NCBI RefSeq assembly: GCF_009914755.1
Contig: NC_060942.1
DNA length: 64,000 nt
Direction: 5' to 3' (one strand)
From: the human T2T-CHM13v2.0 reference genome, Homo sapiens
A program made the position numbers and the translations under genes. The notes beneath the pieces are model-generated. The model searched no databases and was not told where the DNA came from. It was given only the letters and a program-made list of their open reading frames with translations. Every line of letters begins with the position of its first letter. Positions within the stretch are counted from its first letter, which is position 1. Positions 1-12,204 of the stretch are shown here, piece after piece.

Positions 1-439
1 ACGTGAAGCTTTCACTCTGATCCTGACCTCACTTAATTGTCTATGTCTTCAAACGTCCAGGTTGCACTGGGGCCACAGTGGCACGTGAAGGCCCCCCGTG
101 GGCAGCTGGGGCAGCAGGTTATTCTGCAAGCTGTGTACTTTCCACAAGTTCCTTTGCCTCCTGGGAACTAAATTCAAGATGGTGGTGAGCAATTCAAACC
201 CCCAGACAATTTGGATCTTGGCAGCCTCAGCAGTGAGTTCTTTACCTGGTAATTTAATGGCAATTTTCTATCCCCTAGAGAAGCCTGGCTGTGGATGGAG
301 GCACAAGTCTGTACCTAGCCCATGGCCAACCTGACTTGAGAGAAAATAGGCACTTCTGGTCACCTGCTGTCATCACCTTCTAGTCCACTGACTGTGTTGA
401 CTTCCCCCGGCCCCTGTGCCAGCTCACCTGTGTCCCCTG

Positions 440-1635
440 GAATTCCTAATGCTGAAATTCACCAGAGCCCTGTCCTTAGTGCTCTGGTGTCTACCCTCTT
501 GGCCTTCTAATCCCATTTCAATGGGTTTAAATGCCATCTAAAGGCCAGTGACTTCCAAATCTCTCTCTCTAGCCCAGACATTTCTCCTGAATTCTAGGTT
601 AATTTAGCCCATTGCCTACCCTCCATGGCCATTGGAATATCTAATTGATTTGCAAACTGAAGGTGTCCAACCTGAACCTGCTCCTCACACAGACTTTCCT
701 AAGTTGAAAGAAATTCAATTATTTAAGTTGCACAGGGAAAAAAATAATAACCTGTGCATAATCTTTGGCTCCTGTCTTTCTCTTGCCCTTCCTTAAATCC
801 ACAAACAAATCAGGTTGACTCTGTTTCAATGTGTATCCAAGGATCCAATCCCATCTCACCATCTACCCTTCCAACACCCTGGGTGCATCTCCAGCCCTCT
901 CTCTGGGCTTGCTGCTGTTGCCTTCTCACTGCCTTCCCTGCTTGCATGTTCATCCCCATCCCCAGTCTAGATTCAGCACAATAGGTGGTTAAAGCGACCC
1001 TTTTAATACCTATTTCGCTCCACAGCTCTACTCCACTCAAAACCTTCCAATGGCTTCCCATTTCATTCAGGAAAAAAAAAACAAATAATCCAAAATCTTC
1101 ACAATGACAAAAAAAAAAAGAAAAGAAAAAGAAAAACCCTGCTTGCTATGAACTCCCATCACTTTCTAGACCATCTTCCGTCCCTCTGCCCTCTCTCCCC
1201 GAGCTCCCTCCACACCAGGATCCTTGGGTCCTAGGACACATCAAGGACACTCCTGCTGGGGCGTCTGGGCTGGCTCTTTCTGCTGCCTGGAAGGCCCCTC
1301 CTTTCTCTATCCCCAGCTAGATACTCATGTGCTCACCTCCCTTTCCTCCGTCAAGTTTCTCTGCATCAGTTAGCACCTCACAGAGACCTCTACGACCATC
1401 CTACTGTCAACGTGCTGTCACACTCCTCAGCCCCTTTCCTGACTCAATTTCCTATCTCCATTGACCCAACACCTTCTGGCACTCTACAGCATATGTATTT
1501 ATGGCCTTTATTATTCACCAACTGTCTCCCTCAGCGAGAATCCAAGTGCCCCATGTCCTTCTCATGTGGGATACATCCCAAGCACCCAGAAGATGTGATA
1601 CCAAGTGGGTGGTTACCAGAGGTTTGTTAACTGAG
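440..1635 (+). mobile_element. L2 LINE 3' region (degraded)
   Basis: L2-type text such as 'gggtttaaatgccatctaaaggccagtgacttccaaatctctctctctagcccagac' and 'ctcaaaaccttccaatggcttcccatttcattcagg', plus an L2-like 3' terminus near 1620-1635. Boundaries approximate. Confidence 0.75.
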
Positions 1636-1654
1636 TTAACATTTTTCATTCTTT

Positions 1655-2130
1655 TTTCACTTGTAAGTTCAGGTAAACTTGTGTTCTAGGGGTTTGTTGC
1701 ACAGATTATTTGGTCACCCAGATGTTAAGCCTAGAACCCATTCATTACTTTCCTAATTTCTTAATTTCTTGCTTATGCCTACCACACTGCTAAAAATGAA
1801 CTCGATGGTTTGTGTCCAAAGCCTCACTTCAATATTTTCAAAAGTATGACTTCTGTTGTTTATTTTGTAACAAGAGGATGGGAGGCAGTTTATTCGTGTC
1901 AGAGAGGATAGGCCCCAGTGTGTGTTGTTCCCCTCTTTGTGTCCATGTGTTTTCATCATTGAGCTCCCACTTATAGGTAAGAACATGCAGTATTTGGTTT
2001 TCTGTTCCTGCATTAGTTTGCTAAGGATAATAGCTTCTAGCTCCATTCATGTCCATGCAAAGGACATGATCTTGTTCTTCTTTATGGCTGCATAGTATTC
2101 CATGGTATATATATACCACATTTTCTTTAT
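1655..2130 (-). mobile_element. 5'-truncated L1PA (L1PA12-15-like) 3' end, interrupted at about 1757-1907 by non-L1 sequence
   Basis: ORF 1753..2046 begins MELEAIILSKLMQEQKTKYCMF (L1 ORF2 C-terminus). 3' UTR text 'ggccccagtgtgtgttgttcccctc'. Candidate TSD CATTCTTT at 1647-1654 and 2131-2138. Confidence 0.9.
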
Positions 2131-2478
2131 CATTCTTTACAAGTTCACTTCTCCTTCCACCTTGGTCTGTGAGTCCTGTGAGGAAAGAAAGGGGTCTTAA
2201 ACTGTGTCTCTGCCTTTAGTAAAGGGTGTAGTTCAGAGCAGGCAGTCAGAGTTTGATAAACAAGTGAACAAATAAACAAAGAAACTAACATGCATATGCT
2301 ATCTCCAGCACTGATATCATCCTCTTCTTCTCTTGCATAAACTATTCTGCCCCTCATCCTCTCATTTCAAAAGAACAACAGAAGTCATACATTTTTCAAA
2401 TATTGAACTGAGGTTTTGGACACAAACATTGAATCCGTTTTTAGTACAGTGATAAGTACGAGCAGGGAATGAAAAATA
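1757..2478. repeat. Dispersed inverted duplication: about 1757-1907 is the reverse complement of about 2318-2478
   Basis: Exact blocks: GTATGACTTCTGTTGTT (1844-1860) = rc of 2374-2390, and GTTTGTGTCCAAA (1808-1820) = rc of 2415-2427. Colinear similarity extends about 150 bp. Confidence 0.92.
2140..2285 (+). mobile_element. L2 3' terminal fragment
   Basis: 'gtctgtgagtcctgtgaggaaagaaagggggtctta' ending in an L2-like tail 'tgaacaaataaacaaa'. Confidence 0.5.
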
Positions 2479-2547
2479 GACCACTACACTGGAGTTCTAC
2501 CATAGGGTCTTACTTTTTGGTGGTTTGCTATTTTGCAATGTGTTATG

Positions 2548-2802
2548 TGTTTTGGGCTGAACTGTGTCTCCCTCAAAATTCATATGTTGATGTCCTAATT
2601 CCTGCTACCTCAGAACACAATTGTATTCGGAGATAGGGCCTTCAAAGATATAAGTTAAAATGGGCCCACTTCAAGAGAAACCAACACTACTGACGCCTTG
2701 ACCTCAGACTTCCAGCCTCTTAAACTGAGAGAGAATAAATTTCTGTTGTATAGGCCACCTAGTCTATGGTATTTGGTTATGACAGCCCTGGCAAATGATA
2801 CA
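2548..2802 (+). mobile_element. MLT1B-like MaLR solo LTR with internal deletion
   Basis: TG...CA termini. Starts 'tgttttgggctgaactgtgtctccctcaaaattcatatgttga'; contains 'gacttccagcctc' and 'gagaataaatttctgttgt'; ends 'cagccctggcaaatgataca'. Confidence 0.85.
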
Positions 2803-5800
2803 CAGTGGTGATCCCAGCAGAGCATGAGATTTCAAAAATCACACCTTCAATTATTGATTGTTCAGAAATCAGAAGGGTTCCCTTTTGCCTTTCTGGTGAT
2901 ACCGTCATGAAGAAGACAGATTCATGCTAATAAAGGACATCCCATCATGCCAAACCCTGGTAAAAGTTCCAAACACGGAGGCTATTTCCATTCTATAGCA
3001 GATCATTTGTTTCAGTCACCATTTCTACCATAAAATGGTTTTATCATAAATGGCCATTTCTCCTCATAATTAATCATTAGATAATATTTTGTACTGTACT
3101 GAGTTCTAAATTTTATTTATTTATTCTTTCATTCATTACTTATTTACTTTTCATAGAGAAGCCTAGCACACTTTTTGAGTTAAATTCCTGACCTTTATAT
3201 GACCCTTGCCAACTATTCAAACACAAGAGACAATTTTAAAAAAATTGTTATGAATCAATTTAACAGAAATCCAAAAATTCTCTTCTTTCTTCGTCCTAGC
3301 CACTGAAGAAATACCAGAATGACATATAAATTGAAAATCATTTCCCACTTGCAAGCATATCTTAAATTGATATGGCCAAGAATATTCCTTGTAATTGTTA
3401 AATTAGTTTAGATATTCTTGATGTATTGTTCTTTGCATGAAAATCACCCATCATTCTTCTTTGGCTATTTGCCTTTTTTGCAGGAAGAGAGAAAGTTCCA
3501 CAGGACACTCCAAAGAACGTCTTCAGCAGATGGGGTCTAAAGCATCTCACCACTTTCTGGCTGGTCTCACAACTCAGGTTTCCTCTTACTGCAGCAAACA
3601 CTTCACACCCAAAGCACAACATTAAGATTTGCTACTGGAGTCTTAAAGTACCGGAGAGAGAATGAATTTTCCTTAAAGGAAAATCAAGATAAATAATTAT
3701 GCTTTTTGTGGGTAGACCTCCTACAAAACCTCCTCAAAGGCCCAATATCTGCAGCTTCCCCCACTGGCAGGCACGCAGGTATATGAAGCAGCGTTGACTA
3801 AATGTCAAGGCAACCCGCAAACATTGTAAAAACCTAATAAATCATCTCCTGATTAATTTTAGCTGAGAGCACTGAATCATATTAGGCTCAACTTAAATGT
3901 TAGAAGGAAACTAGAATGATTCGAAAGAAACCCAGCTCTACAGATTGTTTCCCATTTAAAAACTACGTTATCAAAGACTGCATTCTAAATACCTTTTTTC
4001 ATGGCTGCATCAGTTCAATAAATGCTAACCAATCTCAAGTGGTCTGCTGCCATACTCCGTGACATAAGGGTTAAAACAGAAAAGTCACATTTCCAAAATT
4101 CTCTGTTTGTTAAGCTTATCTAAAGAGTATCTATTATTTTTTGAAATAGGCCATGGGTTTATATTTTTTAAGCAATTTGATTCTGAGAGATTTTTATTTA
4201 TTGAATTAAATGAAGTTTACATCAAATGTTTCATGCAAGTCATAATTAAATTTGTTTCCTCTTTTGTACTCCAAAGCACTTTTGCATGAGCTATTAGTAT
4301 CTTAGTCATGTATCTTTATGGGGGATGTTTGGTTATTGAACCCCAGTGGGACCAGAGCAGTGTTTTACAAGCCAACAATGCCTCTGATTGGCACCTCTAC
4401 CACACCATTGTCAAATGTTTAGAATTTCATCCCTGTATATACACACACAATACATATAATATAATTACTTCTTTCTTACAAGGAATTTTATTTATTGAAT
4501 TGCAATTTCATTGTCTACCTCAAAGAGCATATTTGTGTTTGTTGGATTCATTTACTCATAGAACTAGACTTCTCATGGGTGGTCTGGCAGCCAGCAGTAG
4601 TTTTCTGGCTACAATGCTAGACATGTCACATCTCCAGATGAGGGGTATAAGAATTATGCCAAAGGGTACCATCTCCACACTCTGTACTGAGATAGATTAT
4701 GCTCTAGGCCATTAGGTAATGGTATGGCAGAGTTCTTTTGTGAACTGGGAACCCTAGTGAAAGCAGAGTTATCAAGTATATCAAATTAAAAAGTAGTATT
4801 TTTACTCAAACCAGGTGAGTTTGGGCAGAAAGGCCTTGATAGCAAGTGGACCAAGCTTCATTATGGAATTAAAGATGAGCAAAGAATCTACGATGTTTTC
4901 ACATCCTCTTGGCCTTCTAACACTCAAGAGTAATTTAACCAAAGGAGTTTCCAAATCCTGAGGGATATTCTTGCAATTAAGGAGGTAGGGGAGGAATGGA
5001 CACCTAATTTTGACATCTAATTACTTGGGGCATGAGGACACACTGTGAAACCCATACTGTATGCCCCTGGGGAAAGGGGGTTATTTCACTGTAAATAATA
5101 AGTTTATGGTTTCCTGCAAAGCAACCCTGAAAGTGCCAACTAACTAAATTTTCATGCTTACTTCAAAAACTAATGCTGCCCCATTTCTTTTCTTTTTCAT
5201 AGACTTTTTTCTATTACCCTGATTCTTCATAATATAATATAAATATGGATATATATTTACATGTAGTTCAAGAAGAATTGTAAACATCCTTTGTATTAAT
5301 TACATATTTAATGGTATTCTTAGAGTCTGTGAATCCCTGCCTAGATTCTTAGTTTTTTTTTAATTGGATTTCACTGGCAATCTACCCGTTCTTTAATTCA
5401 AATCCCATCTCTTCTCCACACCCAACCACATAGGCTCTAGCATTATCGTGTAAATGTTAGACATTTTTCTTAAGCACAGTTCTAAAGGGCTTCAGTAGAA
5501 TCACACTGTCCAGATTGCATAGTTCTGGTAAGCAATGTTCACCTTCAAACAGGAAGAAGTCCCCGAAGTTTAAAGTTTATCAAGTCAGGGTAGAAGTTAT
5601 TGCTTCATAAAAGCAGAATAGAACTGTCATTATCAATGGAGCATTTCACTCAGGTTTAATTATAGAGCAATAATTCAAATGTTTATTTGAAGAAAAAGAT
5701 GGATAATAGTAAACTTTATAATCCACTAGCTGTTAAAATCTAATTGTCATTTGACTGTCTTGCCTTATAGTACCTATTGTGATGGAATTTTTATGAATAT

Positions 5801-5929
5801 TGCCAAAATAGTTCAAAATAAAATGTAGAACTCCATTAGATTATCCAAGTGATCTTTTATTGGAAATTGTGAGCAGAGCAAAAGTGACTTGTTATTATAG
5901 TGTTTATGAAAGAGGAAAAATAGTTATTA

Positions 5930-6170
5930 ACAATTGATGTTCATTCAGCCCTTATACTGTGCCTAGCACTGTTCTAAAACACTTGAAATTTATTATTTCG
6001 TTAAACCCTCTTAAGAATCATATAAGGTGGGTGTTCTTTTTATTCCCTTTTCATAGTTAATGAGAAAAGGAACAGAACAGATATAACTTGCCCAAGCTCA
6101 CATAGCAGGAAAGTGATGGGAAAATGACTTAGACTCAGGCTGTTTAATCCCATATCCTGCATTCCAACCA
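5930..6170 (-). mobile_element. MIR SINE
   Basis: 'actgtgcctagcactgttctaaaacactt' and 'taacttgcccaagctcacatagc' match the reverse complement of the MIR core. Confidence 0.8.
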
Positions 6171-6974
6171 CTGCATGACATTTCATCAGAAACCACCTGA
6201 GCACAGGAGGCACTGCCTGTGAGCCTGTGCTGAGATCTGGAAGCCAGCAATCCTCGTTTTCCTTTCTCTGACTCCAAATCAGGTACTTCAGGATAGGTTC
6301 TTCCAACCAGTAGTGGAAGGGAGAAAAAAACTTTCTCCTTGGTAAAACAATATACAATATGTTTTATCTCTCAAAAATATTGCTCTCTAACAGCAAAGTA
6401 GATTCAAAAATAAGAGTTTGCATAAGTAGTATATAAAACAATGAGGATTCTACATCATGTCATTTCTTTTTATTAATTTATTAATTATATGTTTTGTTTT
6501 TATGAGAATGTTTTAATGAGAACTCTGGACATGGTAGAAACAGAGGCTACTTTTTTGAGTAGCAGTGACTTGATCAATTAGTTTGTGATATTGACAAAGA
6601 AATAAGATGACATTATTAAATATACGTTGGCCAATGAAAGTGTAGTCATAATATAGAAATTGGGGGAGCAAGGCTTTAACCATACAATTTATAGGAGCAC
6701 CTTAATAGCATTGATCTTTTATACTTATACTGAATTAATATTATTCTAGTCTCAGACAATAAGCCAGAGTGCTCAAAGTTTCTCAGAACAGTTTAGAAGC
6801 ATGCTTTAGTTAACCTGCATTGGCCATTGGTTATGGTTATCAGCAAATGGACAGAGAATGACTAAGTCATAGATTACCTTTCAAAGAGTCAAATCTGCGA
6901 GTTCCACCCTAAATCAGCACCAAGGGATGCCAGAACAAAAGCATTAATATCGATACTTTGTGCCCACAAACATC

Positions 6975-7215
6975 AAGTATTCATTGACGATACACACTGC
7001 ATGCCAATAACCTCTACAAGTATTTACTGATTTAATGTTCACATCAGTCCTGCAAGGAAGATACCACTACCCCCCACTGTGCAGATTTATACATGCCTTT
7101 ATTCAACAACTTTTCCTTCCTTCACAAGCGTCATGCAGTTATGTCACTTGTGCAGGGTCACACAGTTCTGTAGGCAGCATACTTCTTTAAACCCAGTCAT
7201 TGTGACTCTCCAACT
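6975..7215 (-). mobile_element. MIR SINE (degraded)
   Basis: 'atttaatgttcacatcagtcctgcaagg', 'cagggtcacacag' and 'tttaaacccagtcattgtgactc' resemble reverse-complement MIR. Confidence 0.55.
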
Positions 7216-7332
7216 AGCACTATTTCTGGTACATGTGTGGTTTCTAGATTTTGCATAGCCCAGACCCCATGGTCTCAGTTACAGAAACAAAGAACTTCCT
7301 TCTATTGGCTCCTTAACTCCAATAGAAGGAGG

Positions 7333-7717
7333 TGTATTTGTTCATTCCCATACTACTATAAAGAACTACCTGAGACTGGGTAATTTATTAATAAAAGAGG
7401 TTTAATGGACTCACAGTTCAGCAGGCTGTACAGGAAACATGGCTGGGAGGCCTCAGGAAACTTACAATCGTGGCAGAAGGATGAATAGGAATAAGTCACC
7501 TTCTTCACATGGTGGCAGGAGAGAGAAAGAGAGCAAAAGTAGAGGTGCCACACTCTTTTAAACAACCAGATCTCGTGAGAACTCACCTGCTATAACCAGA
7601 ACAGCAAGAAAGAAATCCATCCCCATGATCTGATCACCTCCCACTAGGTCCCTCCTCAACATTGGGGATTACAATTCAACATGAAATGTGGGGGGGACAC
7701 AGAGCCAAACCATGTCA
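7333..7717 (-). mobile_element. MSTA-like MaLR solo LTR
   Basis: 'ctataaagaactacctgagactgggtaattta', 'caggctgtacaggaaacatggctgggaggcctcagg' and 'acacagagccaaaccatgtca'. Perfect 5-bp TSD GGAGG at 7328-7332 and 7718-7722. Confidence 0.93.
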
Positions 7718-7994
7718 GGAGGCATAGATGAATAATTAGCAGACAGGAAGTGTGTACAATGTCCTTCAGCACACAAGCCATGACACAGTAGGATGGCTTG
7801 TCCATACTTCTCCATCCGTAACTTCTAGGTGTCCCTTGGTGACTTCCCTGCATTCACCTGCTCCTTGCTTGAAGGAAGTACCCCAGGCTCACGGACAGAA
7901 GTGCATCACACTCAGGGAGGGTCCAGCAGACCACTGAGAGCAACGGTGCTGAGCAGCCACTCATTCTTTCATTGAACAGATTTCACTGAGTCCT

Positions 7995-8395
7995 GTATGG
8001 GTTGGGATGAGCAAGACTCTGCTGTCAAAACTAAGCCCTTACAAACCTTCAGGGGTTTAAATAAAGTGGAGGTTTGTTTTTTGCTTGTGTCACAGTCCAG
8101 CACGACTCAGGCAGCTCCCATTGCAATCTCCTTCCATCCTCTCCACTTGCGGTCCTGCCACCTCACCTACCTGGCCTCCGTGATCGCAGTGGAAAGGTGG
8201 ACAGAGGAGGAGAGTGGAGCAGAGGTTTCTCTGGCCAAGCTAGAAGTAGTGTGTGTAACTTCTACCCACACTCCATTGACTAAAGCTGATAACCTAGTCC
8301 CAACCTAACTACAAATGCACCGAGAAAATGTATTCCTCCTATGTTCTCTAAATGGGAAACCTATCTGATGAGCGTGTGGTCCATCCCTGTGATAC
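7995..8395 (-). mobile_element. Old MLT1 (J/K/L-like) LTR inserted into an L2
   Basis: 'ctagaagtagtgtgtgtaacttctacccacactccattgactaaagct' and 'cccaacctaactacaa' are typical of old MLT1. L2 sequence lies on both sides. Confidence 0.65.
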
Positions 8396-8399
8396 ATGT

Positions 8400-8800
8400 C
8401 TACCGCCTGACTGCAGTGTAACTGGGAATATTATAGCCCCTACATCCAGGCCCCTATAGCCTACAGGGAAGTCAAGCAGTGACAGGCAGTGACAGCTCAG
8501 TACAATAAATGCTCTTATGAGAAAGGTGTTTTAGGGGCAACTCCACCAGACCTTGAGGGTCCAGGAAGGCTTTCTGGAGGAAGAGATATTTATCTAGAGA
8601 CCCAAAACATAAAGAGGAGTTAGCAAGGCCAGCGAGAAGGAAAGATTTTCCAAGGAGAAGAAAGCGCCTGTAGCCAAGGTCGGAAATGAGAACACCTGGG
8701 TGGTGCTCACAACCAAGAAAATGTCAGTGTGGCTTGAGCACAGCCCCGGGGAGAGTTTTACAAGATACTGGCAGAGCCGTGATTGATGTGAGATGCTAGT
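8400..8800 (-). mobile_element. L2 LINE fragment (its 3' tail lies at about 7958-7994)
   Basis: 'caggaaggctttctggaggaagagatattt' and 'aggagttagcaaggc'; tail 'cactcattctttcattgaacagatttcactgag'. Confidence 0.7.
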
Positions 8801-8959
8801 GGAAGCATTTAAAATTATTTACATGGGCCTGCAAAGTGTTAGTCTTCAGTACCAGAACTGTAGACACTGCATATGTACAATTGGATCAAGGGTCCTTTGT
8901 TTAATTAGATCTGAAGCTCCTCATATATTTTTCCTTTGAATAAAAGTCCATTTTTAGCT

Positions 8960-9400
8960 TCAAGTGCAATGGTTCCTTCCATGCAATTTCAAACTTCCTT
9001 GTAAAATACTTTGGAAAAATGTGTTGACAATTTCCTCTTCTGATGATATGACCGTCTGGGACTCTGATCTCAAGTGTGACAAATCGGCCCACTCTGATGA
9101 GACTTGAGCATGGTTTCCTGATGGTTATGGATGAAGGAGCTGTAGCTCACACGCAAAGCAGTTTCCAGCCACAGCTCTGCACTTTGTTCTCTGAAGGAAC
9201 AAAGGATGGCCCCAACAGCTTTGGATCAACTCTGCAAAGCTACTGGTAAAGGCTTCAGCAATGTAATAATTTTACTTGTGAAATCAATATATATGAATAT
9301 TTGATTTGCTTTGCTTCTGCAAATGTACCGTCAAGAACTTCATGTTCTCCAGTTGGGTGGGCCACAGTGAAGCACGTCTTTGAGCCCCACAATCAGTCAG
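8960..9400 (-). mobile_element. Putative ancient RTE-clade LINE relic (RT thumb region; L4/MamRTE-like)
   Basis: One minus frame reads QLENMKF...YIAEAFTSSFAELIQSCWGHPLFLQRTKCRAVAGNCFACE...NHAQV...SHLRS...VISSEEEIVNT with in-frame stops. The order resembles the RTE motif series LENV-RIAKASSAFGRL-VW-TKxxVYRAVV-LLYACE-RHA-FHLRCLR-IxWQDxIPNT. Confidence 0.5.
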
Positions 9401-9959
9401 TGGCTCAATGTATTTGTCAATGCCCTCAATGTTGTTTCTCTCAAGATATGACAAAGGCCCCTGAGCACACATCCATCAGGAAACAGGTTGACCAACATCA
9501 AACTCTTCAATATAACCCCAACAGCCAAGTTAAAGGTAGCATTTACTCCCACTCCTAAGTGAAGCTGCCTTTACATGGGTACCAGAAGCATCTGAAGGCG
9601 GGGCTTCACTGCTCACTGGCTGCTGTTTTCCGAGTGAAAGGACCCATCCTCACCAATAAAAGTGAGCTGGCAATGAGCACAATTTCAAACTGGCCTTAAT
9701 TGTCCCTGTATTCACTTCTATGAGGGTCAGTGGAAACCCCAAGACAAGCTGGAAAGGGCCCTCCCAGAAGGTTACCTGCTTCCAGAGGCACACACCTCCT
9801 GGGATGTTTCTAAGCTGATCATTTCTTCCTAAGCCATGTCATCCTAGGGTCAAATATGGGCACTTAGTAGGACTAAGAGGAAAGAATTCCTCAAGGTTTC
9901 TCATAATTCATCTATGGGAGGATCCCAGGCTGTGCTCAAGAACAAATGTTTTCTACATT

Positions 9960-10475
9960 TTAAAATAAAGACTGTAATTGGATTGTCTGTAACTCAGAGG
10001 ATAAATGCTGGAGGGGATAGATACCCCACTATCCATGATGCGCTTATTTCACTTTGCATGCCTGTATCAAAATATCTCATGTACTGGCCAGGCACAATGG
10101 CTCACACCTGTAATCCCAGCACTTCGGGAGGCTGAGGCAGGCAGATTACTTGAGGTCAGGAGTTCAAGACCAGCCTGGCCAACATGGTGAAACCCCAACT
10201 CTACTAAAAATACATAAATTAGCCAGGTGTGGTGGCCAGTGCCTGTAATCTCAGCTACTCGGGAGGCTGAGGCAGGAGAATCGCTTGAACCCCAGAGGCG
10301 GAGGTTGCAGTGAGCCGACATGGCATTCCAGCCTGGGTGACAGAGGGACACTTGGTTTAAAAAAAAAAAAAGACAAGAAAAAGAAAAACAAACAACAAAA
10401 AAATCTCGTGTACCCCATAAATATATACACATACTATGTACGCACAGAAATTTTAAAAATAATAATAAATAATAA
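9960..10475 (+). mobile_element. L1MA1/L1MA2-like 3' end, split by an Alu
   Basis: 'ggataaatgctggaggggatagatacccc...tgcatgcctgtatcaaaatatctcatgtac' resumes after the Alu as 'cccataaatatatacacatactatgtacgcacagaaattttaaaaa'. Confidence 0.88.
10086..10400 (+). mobile_element. AluS (Sx/Sz-like)
   Basis: Dimeric Alu with A-rich tail. Degenerate TSD 'aaaatatctcatgtac' / 'aaaaaatctcgtgtac'. Confidence 0.95.
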
Positions 10476-10808
10476 CTGTTTTCAAGATTCATCCATTTCC
10501 AAGAATTCTGCAGCTTTGAAATCTGTGGAGGTGTCTTGCAGTGCTCTCAATAGCCACCGTGAACCTGTCTTCCTCTGGGCATCATAATTTCCCCCAGGAC
10601 TCAGCCCTGCCCTCCTCAGCTCTGTGTCACGGAGCCCCACTGCTGGTGGCTGGGCTGTCACCACAGGAGCTGTGGGGAAGGCTCATCCCTTGTCCCTTGG
10701 ATCTAAGTGGCTAAGAAACACTGGTTCCCTGACTCTCAATGGGTTGGAGCCATGCTGTGTTCCAAGTGGGAGCTGGGAGAATGCCTCTGCCTCATTTGTA
10801 ACATGGTG

Positions 10809-11175
10809 TGATATGATTAGGCTGTGTCCCCACCTAAATCTCATCTTGAATTGTAGCTCCCATCACGCCCACATGTCATGGGAGGGACTTGGCGGGAGGT
10901 AATTGAATCATGGGGGGCGGGTCTTTCCCATGTTGTTCTCGTGATAGTGAATAAGTCTTATGAGATCTGATGGTCTTATAAAGAGCAGTTCCCCTGCACA
11001 TGTTCTCTTGCCTGCCGCCCTGTAAGACATGCCTTTGCTTCTCCTTCACCTTCTGCCATGATTGTAAGGCCTCCTCAGCCATGTGCAGCTGTGAGTCCAT
11101 TAAACCTCTTTTTTCCTTATAAATTACCCAGTCTTGGGTATGTCTTTATTAGCAGTGTGAGAATAGACTAATACA
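10809..11175 (+). mobile_element. THE1C-like MaLR solo LTR
   Basis: Starts 'tgatatgattaggctgtgtccccacctaaatctcatcttgaattgtagctccc' and ends 'gagaatagactaataca'. Perfect TSD TGGTG at 10804-10808 and 11176-11180. Confidence 0.95.
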
Positions 11176-12204
11176 TGGTGTCAAAAAATTCTTCCCCTCA
11201 GGTAAATTATTACATCTTACACATTCTTGCACTTAAAAGCATTTTAATGTAAGTAACTTTCTTGAATTTTATTAGAAGGATCCTACCCTACTTCAAGCTC
11301 AGAAACAAGTGCATGGAAGATGGCAGATAAACCCGAGTCACAGACACACATCTGTGTTCAAATGCTATCTTGCGTCTGATGACACCAATCCAATGTATGT
11401 ACCTGACTCCTCCTTCGGAAAGCGTTGGGATGGACCATAAGCCAGCCATCCTGCTGTGTAGTTATATTGAAATCCAACGTGGAAAACTGCGCAGATTCCC
11501 TCACATAAAAACATGTCAGTTTCCTGAATCTTAGGTCTACACTGGCACTCTATCTCCTTAGGCAATCAGAACCTTAGGACTGAAGCTGGATTTCTCAGAT
11601 CCAGCTTTAAAGCATATTCCACCATCTAGAAAGGGTAATTACTTCACAGCAGTCGATGGTAACACCATAAGAGCAAAAGGAAAATGCAGAAAGCAAACTC
11701 AGTATCCAGCTTCACTGATAAGTCTTATGGGAAAGAGTCTTCCAGACTGAAGATGATAGCTCATATGCAAGTTATTGCAAGGTACAACTCTTCACAGCAA
11801 TTAGCAGGACAGTGGGTGACTCCAAGTTCAGCCTCTCTTGGCCAGAGCCCACACAGGAAGTCTGTGTTTCAGCATCTGTTTCTTTTGCCTTTTTTCCCCC
11901 TCTTCATCTGAGCCTCCTTCCTTCCCCACAGATGTCCACCCTCAGTAGGAATCAGCAAACAACCTGTAGTAGGTATTTGTCTCTAGGGGCGCTGACACTT
12001 TTTGCTGAATTCAATTTTACTTTAACTTACTGCCTTAACTTAATGTGTATTTTAATTTTTTCTTTTTATTTCTGTGGAATGAAACAAATTTCTTTTTCTG
12101 CTATCAGTAAAAGAAATGCTAGGAATCTGTAAATAAGTAGATAAATATTTGTTGGGAAATGAATTCCTGCAGTAAGTTTGGATTTCTTTTGAGGGAAGCT
12201 AATG

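Noticed and set aside
4308-4715. 135-aa ORF in unique DNA
   Set aside because: No homology I recognise, composition looks random, and the length is compatible with chance.
10005-10587. ORFs with Alu-like peptides (also 26000-26433, 27665-28110, 45861-46103, 59540-59940, 63039-63403)
   Set aside because: Translations of Alu and microsatellite sequence, not genes.
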